A DNA stretch of 64,000 nt, from the NCBI GenBank assembly GCA_040776905.1, contig JAXGZQ010000001.1:795280-859279 (forward strand), written 5' to 3'. Source of the DNA: Clostridia bacterium (GTDB taxonomy: Bacteria; Bacillota; Clostridia; Saccharofermentanales; UBA5734). Position numbers and translations under genes: made by a program. The notes under the pieces are model-generated. The model did no database searches. It saw only the letters and a program-made list of their open reading frames with translations, and had not been told where the DNA came from. Positions within the stretch are counted from its first letter, which is position 1. Every line of letters begins with the position of its first letter. Below are positions 57,848 to 64,000 of the stretch, piece after piece.

Positions 57848-58084
57848 TTACTCATCAAGCAGCCGTGAGACCATCGCGGCCAGAGCCGGCGCCGAATTGA
57901 AATTCTCCGGTACGATCTCATTGGCGGGAATGGTCACATCAAACTCATTGCTCATTTCCGCGATCAGTGTCACGATATCGAATGAGTCGAGGATCTTATC
58001 ATCGATCAATGTCTGATGTGACGTGAAGTCAACATCCGGGTGCATTTCACTGAGAATTTCCATAATATCATCAACGAGTGCCAT
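57848..58084 (-). CDS. DltC-like aminoacyl carrier protein
   Basis: 78 aa. ...KILDSFDIVTLIAEM contains the phosphopantetheine Ser in a DS motif. The start overlaps the adenylase gene by 14 nt, with GAGGAG upstream. Confidence 0.8.
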   Translation of the reverse strand: MALVDDIMEILSEMHPDVDFTSHQTLIDDKILDSFDIVTLIAEMSNEFDVTIPANEIVPENFNSAPALAAMVSRLLDE

Positions 58085-59636
58085 GTTTCTCCTCTTTCTC
58101 CCCGGCCGGGCTTTTCCGGTCAGGCTTTGTCTGATCCAGCAGTCGGCGCAGCGACTGCCGGTCGATCTTCCGGTTGCTCGTCAGGGGCATGGTGTCAAGC
58201 TGGCGGACCACATTCGGCAGCATGTATCGGGGCAGCCGGCCGCGCAGAAACCGGCTAACATCAGCGGCCGGGGCCGAACCAACATAAAAGAGCCAGATTT
58301 TCTGCTTATCATGATCATACAGGCAGCCAGTATGCTCGACACCGCTGTACATGCCGGCGATGACTTCAATCTCACCCAGTTCTATCCGATGCCCCATATG
58401 CTTGATCTGCTGATCCAGCCGGGACATGAAAACCAGTTCGCCCCGTTCATTCAGCCGCCCCAGGTCACCGGTACGATAGATCAGTTCAGTGTAGGCATCG
58501 TTGAGCGGGTTCTGGACAAAGGCGGCCTGTGTTTTTTCAGGATCACGATAATATCCCATGGTCAAAGAGGTCCCGCGGATGCAGATCTCTCCGGGCTGAC
58601 CAGGGGCCGGGATCTTCTGATGTTCATCAAGCAGAAGGATTTCGGTATTCGGGAAGGGGCGGCCGATCGGAATGACTTCATTCAGTTGAAATTCCCGGTC
58701 AACTTCATAATAACAGCAGACACCCGTCGTCTCCGTCGGACCATACAAATTGATAAAGCGGGCCTCCGGCAGGGCCTGGCGCCATCGGTTGAACTGCTTG
58801 ATCGGAAAGACTTCGCTGGCGAAGGCGATTGTCTTCAGATGCTCCGGTAACAGCTGCTCGAGAACGCCCAGCCCGGATACCATGGTCAGGGCGGAGACGA
58901 CCCAGCAGATCGTGTTGATCCGATGCGTATTGAGATACTCGACCAGACGGAGCGGAAACATGAACAGCTGCTTCGGAATAATATAGGTGGTCGCGCCGAA
59001 TTTTAAGGTCGGGATGATTTCCTTGAGACAGGCATCGAAATACAACGGGGTCTGATTGCCGAATACCGTATCCGGGCCAAAATCGAGAAGTTCGGACAAG
59101 GTTTCAACATAACGGATCACCGATCGATGATTGGCGATGACGCCTTTGGGAATGCCGGTCGATCCTGATGTGAAGACGATATAAGCCGGATCGGTATCAA
59201 TCGCGCGGGTCTGCCTGTCAGCCAGCCGGTCTGCGTCTTCCGCGGCCAGGATCATCTCATTATAATGATACATCGCACTGTCCGGTGACAATTCCGCCGC
59301 CAGTTCACATGTCGAGTCATCACAGATCAGAGCCTTTGGCCGCAATTCGCGTAAAATCAGTTCGATCCGGTGAGCCGGCATTTCCTGATCGAGCGCGACA
59401 TAATAACAACCGGCGTACAGTACACCGAAAAAGGCGACGATCGGCCGGGGGCCTCGCGCCATGAAGACGACAACCGGTTCACGGTCATGCCCGTGAGCTG
59501 ACAAAAATGAGCCGATACGCCTTGCCTGTTCCCGTGTTTCGTGAAATGTCAGACTGGTCTCGCCATCGCTGAACGCCAGTTTTTCCGGCACCCGCTGTAC
59601 GATCATATCAAGATATTCCATCAGATGTTTCTGCAT
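58071..59636 (-). CDS. DltA-like amino-acid adenylation enzyme (ANL superfamily)
   Basis: A-domain core motifs are present: YIVFTSGSTGIPKG (A3), FDACLKE (A4), NLYGPTE (A5), YRTGD (A7), GRxDxQIKxxGxRIELGEIE-like (A8) and PLTSNRKIDR (A10). Confidence 0.85.
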   Translation of the reverse strand: MQKHLMEYLDMIVQRVPEKLAFSDGETSLTFHETREQARRIGSFLSAHGHDREPVVVFMARGPRPIVAFFGVLYAGCYYVALDQEMPAHRIELILRELRPKALICDDSTCELAAELSPDSAMYHYNEMILAAEDADRLADRQTRAIDTDPAYIVFTSGSTGIPKGVIANHRSVIRYVETLSELLDFGPDTVFGNQTPLYFDACLKEIIPTLKFGATTYIIPKQLFMFPLRLVEYLNTHRINTICWVVSALTMVSGLGVLEQLLPEHLKTIAFASEVFPIKQFNRWRQALPEARFINLYGPTETTGVCCYYEVDREFQLNEVIPIGRPFPNTEILLLDEHQKIPAPGQPGEICIRGTSLTMGYYRDPEKTQAAFVQNPLNDAYTELIYRTGDLGRLNERGELVFMSRLDQQIKHMGHRIELGEIEVIAGMYSGVEHTGCLYDHDKQKIWLFYVGSAPAADVSRFLRGRLPRYMLPNVVRQLDTMPLTSNRKIDRQSLRRLLDQTKPDRKSPAGEKEEKHGTR

Positions 59637-59671
59637 GCAGTCTGTTATCTCCTTAAGCTGTAGGTTTTTCT

Positions 59672-60415
59672 TCAGGACACGATCAGCGATTCGTGATCGT
59701 CTCTCAGCGCAGCTCCGCTGGCAATCACCGCGGCCCGGGCCAATATTCCCATCGCGTCATGAAAACCCGGCCCCAGTGTCCGGCGCATCTGAACCACAGA
59801 TAATTCCGTGCAGCCGAGAACAATGGTCTGGGCTCCTTTTTGCCGCAGCGCGCCGCTGATCTCTGTGAGTTTTTGCCGGTCAACCGGCCGTTCTGCCTTG
59901 ACCTGGTCATAGATGATGTTCATCAGGTCCTGTTGATGGACCGCGTCTGGCAGAACAATGGCCAAACCGGCTTCATCAGCCGCGCTTTGAAACAGTCGGC
60001 TGCTGACGGTTCCATCCGTCGCCAGCAGTCCGATTTTTTCGAATGATTGGTTCCTCAGGTAGCGGACGGTCTCCCCGACCAGATGAATGACCGGAATCGG
60101 CAGCGCTGTACTGAGCTGATCGTAGAAGTAGTGGGCGGTAATACAGGGGATCGCGATCCTGTCCGCACCGAGGGCAGCCAGCATACGTCCCGCTTCAATC
60201 AGGGCGGGAACCGGACTGACCGCATGGTCCGGATCAAGAATATAGCGGGTCCGGTCAGGAATTTCCGGATGGCTGTGGATCATTACCTGCAAATGATCCT
60301 GATCAGCCGAGGCATCGGTCATACGGACGACCTGCTCATAAAAGCTGGCCGTCGCCAGGGGGCCGAGACCGCCGATCACACCGAGAATCTGCTTTGAGCG
60401 GCCGCGTACTGTCAT
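59672..60415 (-). CDS. Asp/Glu/hydantoin-racemase-family amino-acid racemase (aspartate-racemase type)
   Basis: GVIGGLGPLATASFY, IPCITAHYF and LGCTELS carry the two catalytic-Cys motifs of cofactor-independent racemases. This is not the MurI pattern. Confidence 0.75.
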   Translation of the reverse strand: MTVRGRSKQILGVIGGLGPLATASFYEQVVRMTDASADQDHLQVMIHSHPEIPDRTRYILDPDHAVSPVPALIEAGRMLAALGADRIAIPCITAHYFYDQLSTALPIPVIHLVGETVRYLRNQSFEKIGLLATDGTVSSRLFQSAADEAGLAIVLPDAVHQQDLMNIIYDQVKAERPVDRQKLTEISGALRQKGAQTIVLGCTELSVVQMRRTLGPGFHDAMGILARAAVIASGAALRDDHESLIVS

Positions 60416-61698
60416 GGCCGGGCCTCCGGCGTCGCCGGATATTTTTCCGGGTCCCAGACATGGCTGCCACGATGTTCATCTGAATAGGCAGTGATCTCAG
60501 CGTCGGTCAGCATGAAGAACTCACCGCCGCCGACACGGGGCGTCGTGTCAAAATGATACCAGCCATACCCGAGATTGATCAGGCTCCAGAAATGGCCTTC
60601 ATCGGTACGGATCACATCAATCGACTCGATCCCGGCTCTGGTCAGCAGAATCTTCGCCGTCGCGAAATAGTTGAAACAGTCGCCATATGCTTCGGTTATG
60701 CCATGGTGGGCAGCATTGATCCAACTGGATTTATCGGATTCATTGACATAGCGAATGTGGCCCCGCGTCCAGTGATAAATCGCTTCAGCCCTGGCCTCAG
60801 GCGTCATGTCAGGGGTCAGGATGTCGGTCAGAATCTGGTCAGCGAGATCGTCAACAACCGCCGGGTCTACACTGCCGGGCACCGGCTCGACCACCGTGAT
60901 CGTCGCGCTGACCTGAGTTTTGTTTCCGGCCTTGTCCGCCGCGATATAGTGAACCGGATAGGTGCCGGGTACACGCAGATTGACCTGGCTGTTGTCTATG
61001 ATCAGCTCAGGCTCGACATCCCGGTTATCGGAAACGGTGACGCCCTGCCGGTAGGCAACGGTCGAGCCGGCAAACACCGTCTGGCTCTCCACGCCTTCAA
61101 TAAGAGGGGGCTGTGTATCTTCATACAGCGTCAACACAGCGGTGAGCACGGTCTGATTGCCGCCGAGATCCGTCAGGACGATGTCCACCGGCTGATCGCC
61201 GATCACCGAGAGGTCAGGGGCCCGCGCATAAGCGATCTCAACCGAGGTCGCGTCCTGAACATCCTCAACAAAGTCCGCCGCGGCAAACGGCTCATCAAGC
61301 CAGAAAGCCCGATTGACCGCCCGTCCGGTCGGCGCGGTCGTGTCTGAGACTTTGACAACGGTATCATAGGTATGCTGATTGACCGCGACGCGCAGTGGAT
61401 AATAACCGGGCACATGCGTATTCACGCTGGCCGGATCTGACAGCCAGCGGGCTTCTGCCGCCGGATCAAGCAGGAAATCGCCGAGATCAAGGGATTCCTT
61501 GCCGGCTTCAATGACCACGGACGCCTCAACCAGCGCTGGTTTGGGGCTGAGCCACGGCTGAACCCGCGGACCGATATACAGCGCCAGAGTGACAAGCACC
61601 AGCGTGCCGGTCAGAAAGATCAGGATCCGGTCAATATGCGGCCGTCGTTTTCGTCGGCCACTGAATTGATTTTTTTCTCGTCTACTACTCATTGTCAT
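60412..61698 (-). CDS. membrane-anchored surface protein: Ig-like (DUF5011-type) repeats + transglutaminase-like Cys-protease core
   Basis: N-terminal basic tail plus a TM. ...PGTYPVHYIAADKAGNKTQVSATITVV is an Ig-like module. The C-terminal YGDCFNYF...GHFWSL...WYHFD gives a Cys-His-Asp transglutaminase core. The stop overlaps the racemase start (ATGA). Confidence 0.7.
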   Translation of the reverse strand: MTMSSRREKNQFSGRRKRRPHIDRILIFLTGTLVLVTLALYIGPRVQPWLSPKPALVEASVVIEAGKESLDLGDFLLDPAAEARWLSDPASVNTHVPGYYPLRVAVNQHTYDTVVKVSDTTAPTGRAVNRAFWLDEPFAAADFVEDVQDATSVEIAYARAPDLSVIGDQPVDIVLTDLGGNQTVLTAVLTLYEDTQPPLIEGVESQTVFAGSTVAYRQGVTVSDNRDVEPELIIDNSQVNLRVPGTYPVHYIAADKAGNKTQVSATITVVEPVPGSVDPAVVDDLADQILTDILTPDMTPEARAEAIYHWTRGHIRYVNESDKSSWINAAHHGITEAYGDCFNYFATAKILLTRAGIESIDVIRTDEGHFWSLINLGYGWYHFDTTPRVGGGEFFMLTDAEITAYSDEHRGSHVWDPEKYPATPEARP

Positions 61699-61901
61699 CT
61701 CGTTTCATACCATGCTGATGCCGCAATGACGACCAGCCTGAAACTCGAGGAGGCGTCATCTGCTGTCTTTATACGAGGAATCTGCCATAAATGTTCCTGA
61801 TGCCAGCAGGGTGCGCCAGGATCAGACACATATAGGCTATTTTATCGCGCATTGGCTAAAATGACAATGAAACCATATTACGATCTGGTCACAATGATCA
61901 A

Positions 61902-62762
61902 TCAGGTGATTTCGCCATCCGATCCTGACCGTTGCGACACCGCCTCTTGCAGTAAACGGATTTCCCGGGCATAGCCATCGTTCTCATTGGGTGTTTCCAG
62001 ATAGAAGGGCAGGCGGCGCAGAGCCGGGTGTGTGATCAGCCGGACCAGCGCTTCCAGTCCGATCTCACCTTCACCGATCCGGGCATGCCGGTCTTTATGG
62101 CTGTCCAGTGGGGTCATGCTGTCATTCAGGTGAATCGCCTTCAGGCGCGGCAGACCGACAATCCGGTCGAACTCAGCCAATACACCTTCCAGATTCTCCG
62201 CGACATCGTAGCCGGCAGCATAGAGATGGCAGGTATCAAGACAGACGCCAAGTCGCTCGCCCAGCTGCGCCCGGTCGATGATCATCCGCAGTTCTTCAAA
62301 GCGGCCTCCGACCTCGCTGCCGCGGCCGGACATGCCCTCGAGCAGAATGATGACGGGGTGGTCCGGCTGCTGAACCTGATCGAGCATCTGTGCGATCAGG
62401 TTGACGCCAGTGTCAATGCCCTGTCCGACATGGCTGCCGGGATGAAAATTATACAGCACACCGGGAATCGGCCGGATCCGCTCCAGATCATCACGCATCA
62501 GATCCGCGGCCAGTTGGCGCAGCTGCGGATCGGCCGAACACGGATTCATGGTATAGGGCGCATGCGCCAGAACCGGCGCGAATCCATGTTCATCCAGCAA
62601 AGCGCACAGTGCTGACATATCCGCAGGGTCAATCGCCTTGGCCTTGCTTCCCCTGGGATTGCGCGAGAAAAACTGAAAGGTATTGGCACCGATGTCCAGA
62701 GCTTCCCTGGCCATATTGGCATAGCCGCGAGATACCGATAAATGACAGCCGATATTGAGCAT
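61902..62762 (-). CDS. nfo: deoxyribonuclease IV (endonuclease IV)
   Basis: 286 aa. MLNIGCHLS...ANTFQFFSRNPRG...HAPY...HPGS...LE...HLND matches the Nfo TIM-barrel metal-ligand pattern. Confidence 0.85.
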   Translation of the reverse strand: MLNIGCHLSVSRGYANMAREALDIGANTFQFFSRNPRGSKAKAIDPADMSALCALLDEHGFAPVLAHAPYTMNPCSADPQLRQLAADLMRDDLERIRPIPGVLYNFHPGSHVGQGIDTGVNLIAQMLDQVQQPDHPVIILLEGMSGRGSEVGGRFEELRMIIDRAQLGERLGVCLDTCHLYAAGYDVAENLEGVLAEFDRIVGLPRLKAIHLNDSMTPLDSHKDRHARIGEGEIGLEALVRLITHPALRRLPFYLETPNENDGYAREIRLLQEAVSQRSGSDGEIT

Positions 62763-62893
62763 GATGACCTCCTGGACCGCTTGATGATTCTTATCCTGAT
62801 CACCTGATTATATCGCTGATCGCAGAAATGGTCATCTTCTGCCGAAAGCATACTGTTCATGCTACAATGAATTTTGTATCGGAGGTGCCGGGT

Positions 62894-64000
62894 TTGAAGA
62901 AATCAGGATGGTTCAACCGAAAAAATAAAACCAGTTTTCTTGCGGCCGCTGTTATGGTCAGCCTGCTGATTTCCCTGTGTGTTCTGACCGCCTGTAAGCC
63001 TGCTATATCAAGCGAAATAACAGCGCCTGGCCAGACGTCCAGCGATAAAGCGGCTCCTGCCCGGACGACTGAACCTGCCGCCTCTCCGACCCCACAGCCC
63101 CCGCGCAGCCGTCCGGCGCTGATCGGAACCAGTCCTCTGACTGCCGTGATCGGACAGCCCGTCAGCCTGCTCGCCGGGGTTCATGCCAGCGACACGGTTG
63201 ACGGCAGCCTGAATGACCAGATCAATATCAGCGGGATCGTTGACTGGCTGACGCCGGGAACCTACGAACTGAACTATTCCGTCAGCAACAGCGCCGGCCT
63301 GCGCCAGGACGCGGTCCGCACGGTCACCGTTCAAGACCCATATGCTGATCTGCGGGCCGCCAACCAGATTGAGGCCAGTCCCGATCCTGATATCCAGAGG
63401 CTGCTGGCGCTGACTCTCGATCAGCTCGGATCCCTGACCGGCCAGATCGGCCTGGTTTTTGAAGAACTCGACAGCGGCCGCTATTTTACGATCAATGACC
63501 AGCGGCAGTTCCGCTCCGCCAGTACCGCGAAGCTTTTTGTCGTCATGGCTCTGTATGAAGAGATCGCGGCCGGCCGTCTGGCGATTGATCAGACCATGAC
63601 CTACACACAGGCTGACTATGAAGGCGGCTCCGGCCTTCTCCAGGAGATGGATCTCAGCCAGAGCTATTCACTCGGCACACTGGCTGATTACGCGATCCGC
63701 TATTCAGACAACATCGCCTTCCACATGATCATACGCATCGTCGGGCGTGATCGTGTCTATGACTACTATGAGTCCGTCATCGGCCATCCGACCAACCGTT
63801 CCCACACCGAAATGAGCGCGGCTGATGCCGGCCGATTGCTGCGCCATCTGTATCAGTCGGATAATCCGTGGTTCGCTCACATGCTCGATGTGATGCGTAA
63901 AACGGTTTTTGAACAGGCAATCCCCGGATTATTGCCGCCCGGAACCGTGTCCAATAAGATCGGCTTCTACGCGGAATATTTCCATGACGCGGCGATTGTC
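62894..64000 (+). CDS. lipoprotein with Ig-like (DUF5011-type) module fused to a class-A beta-lactamase-fold serine hydrolase (3' end outside window)
   Basis: Own translation from TTG 62894, with GGAGG 7 nt upstream. LISLCVLTAC lipobox, Pro-rich linker, ...PGTYELNYSVSNSAGLRQDAVRTVTV, then SASTAKLF (SxxK), YSDN (SDN) and SNKIGF (KTG-like). The frame is open to 64000. It is not in the ORF track because there is no stop in the window. Confidence 0.7.
   Translation, partial: MKKSGWFNRKNKTSFLAAAVMVSLLISLCVLTACKPAISSEITAPGQTSSDKAAPARTTEPAASPTPQPPRSRPALIGTSPLTAVIGQPVSLLAGVHASDTVDGSLNDQINISGIVDWLTPGTYELNYSVSNSAGLRQDAVRTVTVQDPYADLRAANQIEASPDPDIQRLLALTLDQLGSLTGQIGLVFEELDSGRYFTINDQRQFRSASTAKLFVVMALYEEIAAGRLAIDQTMTYTQADYEGGSGLLQEMDLSQSYSLGTLADYAIRYSDNIAFHMIIRIVGRDRVYDYYESVIGHPTNRSHTEMSAADAGRLLRHLYQSDNPWFAHMLDVMRKTVFEQAIPGLLPPGTVSNKIGFYAEYFHDAAIV

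Noticed and set aside
55196-61347. Long plus-strand ORFs of 269, 275 and 264 aa lie opposite the dlt-like operon genes (55196-56005, 58023-58850, 60553-61347).
   Set aside because: The same artefact applies: offsets of 72, -48 and 141 nt from the sense-gene ends are all multiples of 3. The translations are Arg/Gly/Pro-rich nonsense.
63008-63334. A 108-aa minus-strand ORF near the right edge.
   Set aside because: It lies antisense within the plus-strand lipoprotein/beta-lactamase-fold gene, which has clear SxxK, SDN and KTG-like motifs.
1-64000. I looked for CRISPR arrays, rRNA genes, prophage or integrase genes, reverse transcriptases and large non-coding gaps.
   Set aside because: I saw no repeat-spacer periodicity, rRNA-like segment, integrase, recombinase or RT motif. 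The largest non-coding gaps are about 250 nt and look like ordinary divergent promoter regions.

Overview
The window looks like a chromosomal segment of a moderately GC-rich, Gram-positive-type saccharolytic bacterium. That placement is an inference from lipoprotein signals, YesMN/LplABC-type modules, a PspA homologue, an SP-lyase homologue and a dlt-like operon. Coding density is high and about 55 protein genes can be supported.

Gene content by region:
- 0-13.5 kb: housekeeping and stress genes. These are an HSL-type esterase, a patatin, a TPM-like membrane protein with PspA, a GGDEF cyclase, PepF, a MATE pump, a broken cation/proton antiporter, an ArsC/Spx-family protein, a TIM-barrel isomerase, a CEOS-like dehydrogenase and a small alarmone synthetase.
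- 13.5-28.7 kb: a polysaccharide-utilisation locus. It holds a YesN/YesM-type two-component system, a GH2, two poorly characterised GH-like proteins, an SDR, an LplABC-type ABC importer and a GH53 galactanase.
- 28.8-37.7 kb: an intact IS256-family element with a 9-bp target duplication, followed by a clearly lower-GC five-gene block holding a second LplABC-type importer and a second YesMN pair. The whole block is bracketed by a 44-bp direct repeat, and the IS sits inside the left copy.
- 37.7-52.3 kb: an MFS transporter, a hypoxanthine/uracil-DNA-glycosylase-family protein, a HAD-IB hydrolase, a GH43, a truncated cysteine desulfurase, a rhomboid-like protein, OsmC, a lipoprotein serpin, an arabinose/fucose-isomerase-family protein, a second GH2, tRNA-Ser(GGA), a split AhpF-like TrxR/PDO pair and an amidohydrolase.
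- 52.5-64 kb: an MTAN-like nucleosidase translationally coupled to an SP-lyase-family radical SAM enzyme, the operon described below, endonuclease IV, and a partial Ig-like/beta-lactamase-fold lipoprotein.

The best candidate for an undescribed system is a seven-gene minus-strand operon at 54.5-61.7 kb. Its gene order is transglutaminase-like surface protein, Asp/Glu-family racemase, DltA-like adenylating enzyme, DltC-like carrier, MBOAT, SGNH-like protein and lipoprotein. It resembles a dlt-type aminoacyl-esterification pathway that carries its own racemase and probably uses a D-amino acid other than D-Ala.

I recognised no CRISPR array, rRNA gene, prophage or known defence system. All calls rest on reading the translations and the nucleotide sequence by eye. 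No database search was run.
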